Of a DNA stretch of 64,000 bases, positions 29,669 through 39,815 are shown piece by piece; the stretch's first letter is position 1; each line of letters opens with the position of its first letter. Source of the DNA: Spirochaetota bacterium (GTDB taxonomy: Bacteria > Spirochaetota > UBA4802 > UBA5550); the NCBI GenBank assembly GCA_963664815.2, contig CAXXHB010000003.1, positions 1,728,001 through 1,792,000 of the forward strand, given 5' to 3'. Both the position numbers and the translations under genes were made by a program. The notes beneath the pieces were generated by a model, which had not been told where the DNA came from, did not search any database, and was given only the letters and a program-made list of their open reading frames with translations.

Positions 29669-30334
29669 ATGGGAAACAGATATTATATCATCGGGGATAT
29701 TCATGGCCATCTTTTAAAGCTGAAGAAAATTATCACTTATATAAACAATGATATCAAACCTGAAGATTCAATAATATTTCTGGGGGATTATATTGACAGA
29801 GGACCGTCTTCATTTGAAGTAATTGAATTTTTAATTGAGTTAACAAACAGATTTAAAGTTATTTTTTTAACGGGAAATCATGAAGATATGTTTATAAGGT
29901 TTGTAAACATAGGCGATAATTACAGTAACTATTTCAGTAATGGGGGCGGATACACGATAAAGAGTTATGAGGCAAATATGCATGATTTTATTATACCTGA
30001 AAACCATAAAATGTTTTATAATAACCTGAAGCTTTATTTTGAAGGAGATGATTTTATTGCAGTACATGCCGGGCTTAATCCTGGTGTGAAGCAATTAAAT
30101 GAACAGAAAAGAAGTGATCTTATATGGATCCGTGAAAACTTCTATAGATCTCATGTGAAATGGGAGAAAACAGTTATTTTCGGTCATACGCCAACAACAT
30201 ACCTGAATAATTCTGATGCAGTTTATATAGACGAAAAAAGAAATATTATAGGAATTGATACAAATGCCATGTCTTCCGGCTATCCTCTTTCATGTATAAG
30301 ATGGCCTGACAGGAAAATCTACCAGGCGTATTAA
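29669..30334 (+). CDS. Ser/Thr protein phosphatase, PPP/PphA-like metallophosphoesterase
   Basis: GDIHG, GDYIDRG, GNHE, HAG, FGHTP, IDT. Confidence 0.9.
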   Translation: MGNRYYIIGDIHGHLLKLKKIITYINNDIKPEDSIIFLGDYIDRGPSSFEVIEFLIELTNRFKVIFLTGNHEDMFIRFVNIGDNYSNYFSNGGGYTIKSYEANMHDFIIPENHKMFYNNLKLYFEGDDFIAVHAGLNPGVKQLNEQKRSDLIWIRENFYRSHVKWEKTVIFGHTPTTYLNNSDAVYIDEKRNIIGIDTNAMSSGYPLSCIRWPDRKIYQAY

Positions 30335-30354
30335 GAATATTTTATGAGGGAATA

Positions 30355-31542
30355 ATGCTGTTTAAATTAAAAATTTTCGTTTTAATAATTCTGCTTTATA
30401 CGTCTGTTTTATACGCAGAGTATTCCAGAAAAGGAATAATCGAATCTTTGCGTGAAGATGGATACATTACTGTTCTGCTTGATAGTAAAGCTGACAGAGA
30501 TCTTTATTATATTGCCACAGGTGAAAAAATCATAGGGAATATTTCATCATTAAAACAGATTCCCGATGTTCTCGGAAAAAAGAGGTATATCTGCAGGTAT
30601 TCTCTTATTAATGAAGAATACAGGCAGATTTTACGACCCGGGATTGAGATTGTTGTCACGGATGCAGATAAAGAAATTGACAAAAGAGTGCAGAAAAATC
30701 CATATATAGATACAATAAATTTAAAACCTGAAATAATTTCTCTTATTGATAAAAGAGATATGATGCTGATCTCTGAAGGGAAGTTTCTTATGGGATGTTC
30801 CGATTGTGATGAAGATGAATTTCCCGAGCATATTGTGTTTCTCGGTGATTACTATATAGACAAATACGAAGTTTCAAACAGCGACTATAAAAAATATGCT
30901 GATATAAAGGGTTTACCTTATCCTGATTACTGGAATGATCAGTTGCAGGGGAAAACCGGATTTAAAAGCATCTATTTCGGATCGCTTCCGGTAATTGTTA
31001 CTTATTATGAAGCAGTTGACTATGCTACATGGGCGGGTAAGAGGCTTCCCAGTGAAGAGGAATGGGAAAAGGCATCCAGACCGCCAGCTTCCGGTGAAAC
31101 TCCCGGTAAAGCTTTTTCATACAGCTGGGGAAGCAATTTCAGGGAAGGTATAGCTAATACAGAAGAGTTCTGGACATCTGAAAAAAAAGGTGAAAATTTA
31201 AAGAAAATAATATGTGATAAATATGGGTTTAAATCCCTTGAAAAGGGTTATATACCGGTTGATATATATGAAAAAGAATCCCTGTCATATTATGGAGTTG
31301 CACACCTGGACGGAAATGCACTGGAATGGACTAATAGCTGGTATCTGCCATATACCGGGAATAAAAAAAGTAATAAGAAATATGGGAAACAATACAAAGT
31401 AATAAGGGGCGGTTCTTATTATATGTCCCGGATGGATGCAAGAATTACTGACAGAAAAACCGGAGGAATGCCTGATCTGTATAAAGACAGAATTGCCGGC
31501 TTCAGGTGTGTCAGGAATATTGCAGCAAGTGATAAAAAATAA
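30355..31542 (+). CDS. Exported FGE-sulfatase (SUMF1/EgtB/PvdO) domain protein
   Basis: Signal peptide; FLMG, YEVSN, KRLPSEEEWEKA, GNALEW, VIRGGS, GFRC. Confidence 0.88.
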   Translation: MLFKLKIFVLIILLYTSVLYAEYSRKGIIESLREDGYITVLLDSKADRDLYYIATGEKIIGNISSLKQIPDVLGKKRYICRYSLINEEYRQILRPGIEIVVTDADKEIDKRVQKNPYIDTINLKPEIISLIDKRDMMLISEGKFLMGCSDCDEDEFPEHIVFLGDYYIDKYEVSNSDYKKYADIKGLPYPDYWNDQLQGKTGFKSIYFGSLPVIVTYYEAVDYATWAGKRLPSEEEWEKASRPPASGETPGKAFSYSWGSNFREGIANTEEFWTSEKKGENLKKIICDKYGFKSLEKGYIPVDIYEKESLSYYGVAHLDGNALEWTNSWYLPYTGNKKSNKKYGKQYKVIRGGSYYMSRMDARITDRKTGGMPDLYKDRIAGFRCVRNIAASDKK

Positions 31543-31563
31543 TGGTAATACCAGGGTGTTAAT

Positions 31564-33786
31564 ATGAGAATTTTTTATTTTTTAGCAAGGAATATCAGTT
31601 ACACATTTGCTGTTACTTTTTTTATAAGCTTATTCTCTGTTGTTGAAGGTTTTATATCATATACTGCATCCAGTGCATTTGTTTTAACTTCATATGCCAA
31701 AGTAATGAGAATTTTTATACAATGGCTCCCGCCGGTGTTCCTGTTTGTGATTTTCTTATTCTATATTGCTTTCGGATTCCTGACTCCAATAAAAATACCG
31801 GCATTGATGAAACGCCACAGAAGAATCAACAGAGTTTATAAAAATAATTTAAAGGTTGAAACCGGTTTTTTGAAAGAAACATATGGTGATTTTTCAGACC
31901 TTGTAATGAATAATACGGCCAGTCAGCATATATTTATTTTATTAATAGCAATGATTATGGCAGCGATTGGAGGATGGAAATATTATTTTACTGGTGAAAT
32001 AAACGCTGCTGAAATGATCAACATTCTTAAAATGATCGCTCTGGCATCAGTAATAATGGTTATTGTTTTAACGCTGACAGCTTACCTGCTGTCTGAATAT
32101 TTAACAAACAATGAAAGAGCTGAGTTGTATAATGATATATTGAAATCCGGTGAAATGATTAAACCTCACATCCTTTTCAGTATGAAGGTAAATTTCAACT
32201 ATGTTGTTATCATTACCATTATTATTCTTTTTATATATGCTTCGTTGTTTGAGAGAATGAAGACTTTCAGCGGCAATACAATGGTTGTTTTATTATTTAT
32301 TCTTTTTGCTGCCATCCTTACCACTCTGATTACACGTGTTAATACAAATTCAATACTCAGAATTTTAAATGATATGGCAAGGGTAACGCGTGATATTACC
32401 GAGGGTAAGCGTGCCGGATACCAGATATTGTCTCTTGGAAAAGAGTTTTCAACAATAGAATATGCTCTGATGAAAATGGCCTGGGAGATAGATGAGCATA
32501 GAAAAAACCTTGAGGTAAAAGTACAGGAACGAACGGAAGAGCTTGAGAAGGCATTGACGGATCTGAAGATTAAGGATGATCAGATTCAGAAGCAGCTTGA
32601 CATGGCCAGTGTAATACAGAGAAGTATTTTGCCTACAAAAATAGATGACTGGAATGAGTTAAAATTTTCTGTCAGATACAACGCAATGGAAAAAATTGGT
32701 GGAGATTTCTATGATGTTTTCCAGCTTAAGGACAATAAAATAGGGATACTGATAGCAGACGTATCCGGCCATGGAATACCGGCAGCACTTGTAACCGCTA
32801 TGGCAAAAATTTCCTTTGGAAATGCGGGATTTATCTCTGATTCGCCAAAGAGAATTTTTCAGGATGTAAATAAAAACATTATCGATCACATGAAAACACA
32901 GGATTATATGACCTGCTTTATGGCGGTTATTGATGATGATTACAATATAACCTATTCAAATGCGAGTCACCAGAAGGCAATTATTTACCGGAAGGAAACC
33001 GGAACTGTCGAGCTGCTGGATACTAATGGTCTTTTCATAGGGGCTCTTGAAGAAGCGCGTGATACATATGAAGAAAAAACAACTAAACTTGAATATGGAG
33101 ACAGGCTTATTCTGTACACCGATGGAATACCTGAGGCGCAGAACAGAAACAGGGAAGAGTATTCAAATGAAAATTTTGAAAAGTCCATATTAAAATACAG
33201 GGATCAGAATCTTGAAGAATTTACCGAGGCCATTCTCCGTGATGTTAATAATCATATTGGAGAAATGGGGGCAATAGATGATATATCCCTGCTCATAGTT
33301 GAACTTGTTTCAGATGAAGCTATTGACCTTATAAAAAATTCAAAGAAACTGGTTAATAATCATAAATATCTTGATGCGATAGAGCTTCTTGAAAATGGTC
33401 TTGAAAAATATCCTGAGAACCAGAAGATTCTTTATAATCTTGGAAAAAATTATTTCAGGGTGAATAACTATAATAAAGCAGTACAGATTCTTGAAAAGTA
33501 TATCAGGAAAGATAAAAAGAATAAATTTGCGTTTTATGTTAATGGCGCGTCACATTACCAGATGATGGATTTTAAAAAAGCCATAGAAAATTTTATTGCC
33601 GCAATCCAGATAGATCCCAATATGTCCAATGCACTTTTTGCACTTGGTATGTCATATAAAAACTTCGGCGATTATGATACCGCTGTTCAGACATTTGAGA
33701 GAGTCATCAATATTGATGCTGATAACAAGATGGCTCTTTTTGAAATTAAACAGATTGAAAAGCTTAAAAGTGGAACAATCGCCTGA
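31564..33786 (+). CDS. Membrane-bound SpoIIE/PP2C phosphatase with HAMP-like linker and C-terminal TPRs
   Basis: ~6 TM helices, KVQERTEEL, IGGDFYD, IADVSGHGIPAAL, YTDGIPE, DDIS, then TPR repeats. Confidence 0.9.
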   Translation: MRIFYFLARNISYTFAVTFFISLFSVVEGFISYTASSAFVLTSYAKVMRIFIQWLPPVFLFVIFLFYIAFGFLTPIKIPALMKRHRRINRVYKNNLKVETGFLKETYGDFSDLVMNNTASQHIFILLIAMIMAAIGGWKYYFTGEINAAEMINILKMIALASVIMVIVLTLTAYLLSEYLTNNERAELYNDILKSGEMIKPHILFSMKVNFNYVVIITIIILFIYASLFERMKTFSGNTMVVLLFILFAAILTTLITRVNTNSILRILNDMARVTRDITEGKRAGYQILSLGKEFSTIEYALMKMAWEIDEHRKNLEVKVQERTEELEKALTDLKIKDDQIQKQLDMASVIQRSILPTKIDDWNELKFSVRYNAMEKIGGDFYDVFQLKDNKIGILIADVSGHGIPAALVTAMAKISFGNAGFISDSPKRIFQDVNKNIIDHMKTQDYMTCFMAVIDDDYNITYSNASHQKAIIYRKETGTVELLDTNGLFIGALEEARDTYEEKTTKLEYGDRLILYTDGIPEAQNRNREEYSNENFEKSILKYRDQNLEEFTEAILRDVNNHIGEMGAIDDISLLIVELVSDEAIDLIKNSKKLVNNHKYLDAIELLENGLEKYPENQKILYNLGKNYFRVNNYNKAVQILEKYIRKDKKNKFAFYVNGASHYQMMDFKKAIENFIAAIQIDPNMSNALFALGMSYKNFGDYDTAVQTFERVINIDADNKMALFEIKQIEKLKSGTIA

Positions 33787-33925
33787 TAGGGATTGCAGCA
33801 TAAATCAGAGCAGATGTTCATAGAAACGGACAGGTTATCACAGGCTGTTGTAATTATGCTTTATTTAAGCCCTGTTTTTTAGACATTTTTATAAAAATAA
33901 CTATTCTTCAAGAACCACTGGCAAT

Positions 33926-34972
33926 ATGAAAAAAAATATAAAAGACCTTGATTACAATGAAGTTATCTCAGTAATAAATGATTTCGGAGAAAAAGAATAC
34001 AGGGCAAAGCTTCTATTTATCTGGCTTTATGAGAAAAACATTACCGATTTTGATGAGATGACAAATTTTTCAAAGGAACTCCGGGGAAAATTTGATCAGA
34101 GATATATGATATCACCATTAACTCTGGAAGACCGTAAAATCTCTGTGATAGACGGAACAGAAAAATTTCTTTTCAGGACCATTGATAATAATTATATAGA
34201 AAGCGTTTTGATTAAAAGTGATGGGAGTGACGACAGCAGACTGACTATCTGTATATCATCACAGATAGGATGTCCCATGGGATGCAAATTCTGTGAAACT
34301 GCAAAAATCGGTTATATCAGAAATCTTTCAACCGGAGAGATTCTTGATCAGATTTGCCAGGTAAGGCGTATTACAGGGTTGTTTAATAACAACATTGTGT
34401 TTATGGGTATGGGTGAACCGCTGTTAAATTATGATAATGTTTTAAAAGCTGCAGATATAATGAATTATTCCTTTGGCTTTCATTTGTCTGTAAGGAAAAT
34501 TACAATTTCTACAAGCGGCATTATGCCTGCCATTGAAAGGTTTATTGATGAAAAAAGGCCTTATAATATGGCACTGTCATTAAATGATACAGAATCTGAT
34601 AAGAGGATTATCCATATGCCTGTTGAAAAAAAATATCCTTTTAAAAGTATTGCATCTATGCTGAATAACAAATTCCCCGTATCAAGAAACAGACTGACGA
34701 TAGAATATATTATGAGAAAAGATAATATTTCAGTTGAAGATGCGAAAAGGCTGAAAAAGATGTTTAAATATGCACGGGTAAAGTTGAATCTTATAACTCT
34801 TAATCCAGGCAATCATAATCTTTCTATACCGGATAAATCGGAAATTGATGCGTTTGTTAATGAACTTGAAATAATGAATGTGCCGGTTAATATAAGAAAA
34901 AGCATGGGGAGCGATATCTCAGGAGCATGCGGACAACTGTCGGGTAAAAAATATAATCTGGGTAATCAATAG
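33926..34972 (+). CDS. rlmN: 23S rRNA m2A2503 methyltransferase RlmN
   Basis: CISSQIGCPMGCKFC, MGMGEP, ISTSG, GSDISGACGQL. Confidence 0.93.
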   Translation: MKKNIKDLDYNEVISVINDFGEKEYRAKLLFIWLYEKNITDFDEMTNFSKELRGKFDQRYMISPLTLEDRKISVIDGTEKFLFRTIDNNYIESVLIKSDGSDDSRLTICISSQIGCPMGCKFCETAKIGYIRNLSTGEILDQICQVRRITGLFNNNIVFMGMGEPLLNYDNVLKAADIMNYSFGFHLSVRKITISTSGIMPAIERFIDEKRPYNMALSLNDTESDKRIIHMPVEKKYPFKSIASMLNNKFPVSRNRLTIEYIMRKDNISVEDAKRLKKMFKYARVKLNLITLNPGNHNLSIPDKSEIDAFVNELEIMNVPVNIRKSMGSDISGACGQLSGKKYNLGNQ

Positions 34973-37227
34973 TGAAACAAACGGTAATGTTGATATTAAA
35001 GTGGGTATTAAACCATAAAAAACTTTTATTTTTTCAGCTTCCATTGACCATCGTGGTACTGATGATTTTATATTCCGGTTATATATATATACAATGGATG
35101 GGAGATAAGACAAAAGCGCTCGATAAACTTGCAAGGTATAAAACTCTGATTGATAGAACGGAGGAGATAAAAAAGGGTTATCCTTATACAAGAAACGAAA
35201 TAGAAACCGGGGCAAAAGTTGTCGACATCCCTACCCGGATTTATGACAGAAACGGTGAGGTAATAGGCGAGTTTTTTGAGGAGAAGAGAGAAATAGTCCC
35301 ATTCGATTTCATTCCTGATTCTCTTGTAAATGGTGTTATAGCAAGCGAGGACAGGGATTTTTATAATCATAAAGGTATAAGTTATACCGGTATTTTCAGG
35401 GCTTTTATAAAGAACATAATCAATTTTCATGTGGTTCAGGGTGGGAGTACCCTTACGCAACAGCTTGCAAAAGTTCTTTTTACCGACATGGAGAGAAATT
35501 TAAAGCGTAAGATATATGAGGCTTACTGTGCGGTGGAAATTGAAAAGCTTTATGATAAAGAAGATATACTCTCAATGTATCTGAATCTGATATATTTCGG
35601 GAATGGCTCGTATGGTGTTGAATCCACTGCAAAAATGTATTTTGGCAAATCGGTCAGAGAACTGGATCTTACAGAGTCGATGATGATTGTTGCTACAATT
35701 TCCAATCCCGGAATATATTCCCCGCTCACCAGCCTTAACAATTCGTTAAATAAAACAAGGAGAATAATTGAATCATACAGCGACGCAGGTTATCTGAAAA
35801 GGGAGCAGATAGATTTATTGCTCAACGAGTTCAAAAAAAAATGGGGAGTTGTTTATGAAAACAGTATGCCTGTAAAATCGAGAATCGGAAGCTTCATCTA
35901 CAGTTCGTACAGAATAAACAGATCACCTTTTTTTAATGAAAAAATCAGAAGGGATCTTGTTGAGAGATTCGGTGAGGAGAGTGTAAAGAGCGGTGGTTTG
36001 TCGGTATATACAACAATCGATCTTCAGAAACAGGAGATAGCATCAAGAACTCTGCATAAAGGAATTCTGGCACAGCGTGAATACCATATAAAAATTTCCA
36101 GGGGACTTAAAAATCTGGTTGCCGCGCGCAAAGAGTTTGAAAAATCCACAAATATAGAGGGGGCATTAATATCACTCGATCCATTCACAGGGGAAATCCT
36201 TTCATATGTAGGCGGATATGAATTTACAACGGAGAATCAGAATGATAATGTTTATCAGACAAGAAGACAACCCGGTTCATCAATTAAACCAATAGTTTAT
36301 GCCGCTGCAATAGAGGATAAGCGGATCACACCATCATCGATATTTACAGACAAACTGATTACATATAAAAACAACTATACTCCACAAAACTACAGTAATA
36401 CATTTTCCGGTGATATAATTATTCGCCAGGCTATAATAAAATCGCTTAATACAATCGCGGTCCAGGTTCTGGATAAAACAGGTTATGACAGGATCTTTTC
36501 CTATATACAGAAATCTTTATCACTTTCAGGCAGTGAAATGGATAAACGGTTCGGGAAAACATTATCATTTGCCCTTGGAGCTTATGAAATGTCGCCGCTG
36601 GAAAACGCCACACTTCAGGCCATTCTTATAAATGGCGGTGAATTGATAATACCATATGGTATAAAAAACGTGAAGGATTATAATGGAAATATTATATGGG
36701 ATAACGAAAAGGAGCATTCGGAGAAACTTGCTTCGGGAAGAGAGAATACAGGAAAAATAATCGATCCGGCTGCAGCAAGAATTACTCTTTCCATGCTTGA
36801 GGGCGTTAAAGAACCTGATTCCACGGTATACTGGCTGGTGAAAAAATATGGTATAAATTTCCCATGTGCCGGTAAAACCGGGACAAGCTCTAATTATATT
36901 GATGCATGGTTTGTGGGATATAACCAGGATATGGTAACTGCAATCTGGATCGGAAACAAGGCGGGATCCGTTTCTCTCGGTTCCGGAAGATCTGCGAGCG
37001 GTGTTGTGGCGCCGGTCTGGGCGGAATATATATCTGAAGTCTACAGAGAAAAAAAGCCTCCGAATTTTAAATCAGACATTGAGAATATAACATCTGAAAC
37101 AATATGTCTGGACAGTGGAGAAGTCGCCGGTCGGAATGGTGAATGTCCAAAGACAGCAGTTCAGCTGTTTTATTCAGGCTCAGAACCTGGTAAATTTTGC
37201 GGGATACACGTTAAGCAGAATCAGTAA
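34972..37227 (+). CDS. mrcA: Class A penicillin-binding protein (PBP1A)
   Basis: ASEDRDF, QGGSTLTQQLAK, RKIYE, PGSSIKP (SxxK), SLN, GKTGT. Confidence 0.9.
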   Translation: MKQTVMLILKWVLNHKKLLFFQLPLTIVVLMILYSGYIYIQWMGDKTKALDKLARYKTLIDRTEEIKKGYPYTRNEIETGAKVVDIPTRIYDRNGEVIGEFFEEKREIVPFDFIPDSLVNGVIASEDRDFYNHKGISYTGIFRAFIKNIINFHVVQGGSTLTQQLAKVLFTDMERNLKRKIYEAYCAVEIEKLYDKEDILSMYLNLIYFGNGSYGVESTAKMYFGKSVRELDLTESMMIVATISNPGIYSPLTSLNNSLNKTRRIIESYSDAGYLKREQIDLLLNEFKKKWGVVYENSMPVKSRIGSFIYSSYRINRSPFFNEKIRRDLVERFGEESVKSGGLSVYTTIDLQKQEIASRTLHKGILAQREYHIKISRGLKNLVAARKEFEKSTNIEGALISLDPFTGEILSYVGGYEFTTENQNDNVYQTRRQPGSSIKPIVYAAAIEDKRITPSSIFTDKLITYKNNYTPQNYSNTFSGDIIIRQAIIKSLNTIAVQVLDKTGYDRIFSYIQKSLSLSGSEMDKRFGKTLSFALGAYEMSPLENATLQAILINGGELIIPYGIKNVKDYNGNIIWDNEKEHSEKLASGRENTGKIIDPAAARITLSMLEGVKEPDSTVYWLVKKYGINFPCAGKTGTSSNYIDAWFVGYNQDMVTAIWIGNKAGSVSLGSGRSASGVVAPVWAEYISEVYREKKPPNFKSDIENITSETICLDSGEVAGRNGECPKTAVQLFYSGSEPGKFCGIHVKQNQ

Positions 37228-37237
37228 TGGAGATACT

Positions 37238-38095
37238 ATGAACAGTAAACTTTTATTATATTCAATAATAATTCTGGCTATATCAAACTTATCATTCAGG
37301 TGGCCGGTTAAAAACGGCATTATTACTTCAACCTTTGGTGAATCACGTGGTGATCACTTTCACGATGGAGTGGATGTTATAAGTCCTGACGATAATGTCA
37401 ATCCTGTGGATAAGGGAACGCTGCTGTATGTATGGAACAAATCATTTTTTCCGCTGGATAATTACTGGGGTGGCGGAAATTTCAAGGTATTGGAGCACGA
37501 TAACGGAATTATATCTGTTTATATGCATCTTCAGGATGTAGATAATTTAAAACAGATATATGGCGATGCCGATATAATCGGGCAGATAGGAAATACCGGT
37601 CACTCTTACGGGAGACATCTGCATTTTTCTTTACTCAACCTGCAGAAGAGAGAATCTATTAATCCTTTGACAGTAATGCCCCCCTATATCGACAGGAAAG
37701 CGCCGGAAATAATGAATTTCTACTTAAAAATTGAAAAAAGGTATATAAGGATCAATGGTAATTCAGATATACGTCTGACAAAGCATTATCCTCTTTTAGT
37801 TGAGATAAAAGATACAATAAAGGGAAATGAAAATCTTGGACTATACAGTATTAAAGCTGTATTCAACGGGAAGGAGGTATTGAACTATGATACAGGGAAT
37901 ATCGGTTATTCATCAGGTGGACTGGTTATAAAAGGAAAGACTTATAGCGAGCTGTTTGATGAAAAGGGATATTATAAAATTGATGGTATTGTATATAAAG
38001 AGGGTATTAATAATATCTCGGTTGTGGCTTCTGATTTCAACGGGAATTCTTCAGAAAAGAATTTTACTTTCAATGTAAACCTTGACATGCAGTAA
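37238..38095 (+). CDS. M23 family metallopeptidase
   Basis: ITSTFGESRGDHFHDGVD, YMHL, GNTGHSYGRHLHF; ATG 37238 with GGAGA RBS. Confidence 0.88.
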   Translation: MNSKLLLYSIIILAISNLSFRWPVKNGIITSTFGESRGDHFHDGVDVISPDDNVNPVDKGTLLYVWNKSFFPLDNYWGGGNFKVLEHDNGIISVYMHLQDVDNLKQIYGDADIIGQIGNTGHSYGRHLHFSLLNLQKRESINPLTVMPPYIDRKAPEIMNFYLKIEKRYIRINGNSDIRLTKHYPLLVEIKDTIKGNENLGLYSIKAVFNGKEVLNYDTGNIGYSSGGLVIKGKTYSELFDEKGYYKIDGIVYKEGINNISVVASDFNGNSSEKNFTFNVNLDMQ

Positions 38096-38127
38096 TAATG
38101 TCATCATTTCTGCTTATCGGAGGTCGC

Positions 38128-38553
38128 ATGTTGGAAAACAAACTGTCACTATTAAGAAGGACAAGAGGCATAAAGCAATATGACCTGGCCAGAACACTGG
38201 AAGTTTCTCCTTCTTTTCTCTGCAAAATAGAGAAAGGGCTGCAGGAACCAACAGATGTTTTCAAAAATAAATGTGCTGCTTATTTTGATCAAAACGCGGA
38301 ATTGATTTTCTCGGTGCAGGAAAATAAAGATGACCTTATAAGTGGAGATGAATTCACGGCGAATAATCTCTGGGCTGTGAGATTGAAAAAAAATATCAAG
38401 CAGAATAAACTGGCTGAGCTTATTGGGTGTTCTCCGTCATATTTATCTAAAATTGAAAAAGGATTGCAGAAGCCAAACGGATTATTTAAAAAAAAATGTG
38501 CTAAAATCCTTAAGACAAAAGAGATAGAACTTTTTCCTTCTGATAAACCCTGA
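38128..38553 (+). CDS. Tandem XRE helix-turn-helix protein
   Basis: Two copies of IKQ..LA......PS.L.KIEKGLQ.P...FK.KCA; GGAGG RBS. Confidence 0.85.
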   Translation: MLENKLSLLRRTRGIKQYDLARTLEVSPSFLCKIEKGLQEPTDVFKNKCAAYFDQNAELIFSVQENKDDLISGDEFTANNLWAVRLKKNIKQNKLAELIGCSPSYLSKIEKGLQKPNGLFKKKCAKILKTKEIELFPSDKP

Positions 38554-38555
38554 CC

Positions 38556-39815
38556 ATGAATTATATCTTTTTACATATCGCCTTCCTGATTATTTTTTTA
38601 TTGCTCTCTGCTTTTTTCTCCGGAACAGAAACGGCGCTTTTCTCTTTAAAAAAAGCTGATCTCCACAGATTTTCAGAATCAAAAAATAAAAGAGAAAATT
38701 TAATAGCCAGGATAATGATGACGCCTGAAAAAATACTGATTACGCTGCTTATTGGAAACATGTTTGTCAACTTTGCATTAACTGCTCTTGCAACTAATTT
38801 TATGCTGAGTTATTTCGGCCATTACGGTCACATAATAACTATAGCATTTGTTACACCCTTAATAATCATACTCTCGGAAATAACTCCCAAAATTGTAGCT
38901 ATCAATATGTATCATTCGATGAGCAAAAATTTTTTTCCATTTATAAATCTGTTCCATAACATTATATCCCCTCTCCGATATTGTATTATTTTCATTTCAG
39001 ACATTCTTATTAAAATACTTAATCTTAATCTTCAGTATGGCAATATGACTGAGGATGAACTTGGTCATGTTATAACAACCGGAGAGAAACAGGGTTTAAT
39101 AAATAAACAGGAAAGCGAGATTTTAAAAAATGTTCTGCGGTTCAGCAGAAAAGAAGCATCGAATATTATGTACCCGAGAAACCAGGCGATATTTGTTGAG
39201 TATGGTTCAACGATTATGGAGGCAATGCTTCTGATACTTGAAAATGATGTTGTAAGAATTCCGGTTTATAAAAATGATATCGATAATATAATAGGAGTTA
39301 TTGATTCAAGAGATATGATCTCCCCGTACATCGGAAGAAAAAAAATGCTGATAAACAAATATATCAGACCGATAGACTTCTTCCCTTTTTCCAGAGATCT
39401 CAATGATTTACTCAGGGATTTCTTATCAAAAAAAATACAGATAGCCATTATTGTAGATGAATATGGCGGGACAGCAGGTGTTGCTACGCTGAATTCAATT
39501 TTATCTGCATTGCTGGGTAAGGATTTCGGTAAGTGGGAAAATTTCAAAAGAGAGATGGTGAGAAATGTCGGAGAGAATAATTATATCGTTTACGGGGAGA
39601 TGCAGCTTGATGACTTTAATACCTTCTTTAATCTGAATATTTCCAGCAATAATTCTGACACTATCGGAGGGTATGTGATTGAAGAATTACTGTCAATACC
39701 TGATAAAGGGGATTCTTTGATAATTGAGAACCTGGAACTGAGAATTAAAAGTGTAGTCAAGCGAACAATTAAAACTATGGAAGTTAAACGCATAGAACAG
39801 AAAAGGAATAATTAA
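38556..39815 (+). CDS. CNNM/CBS/CorC (TlyC-CorB-like) protein
   Basis: SAFFSGTETALFSL, EITPK, RIPVY, VDEYGGTAG, TIGG. Confidence 0.9.
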   Translation: MNYIFLHIAFLIIFLLLSAFFSGTETALFSLKKADLHRFSESKNKRENLIARIMMTPEKILITLLIGNMFVNFALTALATNFMLSYFGHYGHIITIAFVTPLIIILSEITPKIVAINMYHSMSKNFFPFINLFHNIISPLRYCIIFISDILIKILNLNLQYGNMTEDELGHVITTGEKQGLINKQESEILKNVLRFSRKEASNIMYPRNQAIFVEYGSTIMEAMLLILENDVVRIPVYKNDIDNIIGVIDSRDMISPYIGRKKMLINKYIRPIDFFPFSRDLNDLLRDFLSKKIQIAIIVDEYGGTAGVATLNSILSALLGKDFGKWENFKREMVRNVGENNYIVYGEMQLDDFNTFFNLNISSNNSDTIGGYVIEELLSIPDKGDSLIIENLELRIKSVVKRTIKTMEVKRIEQKRNN

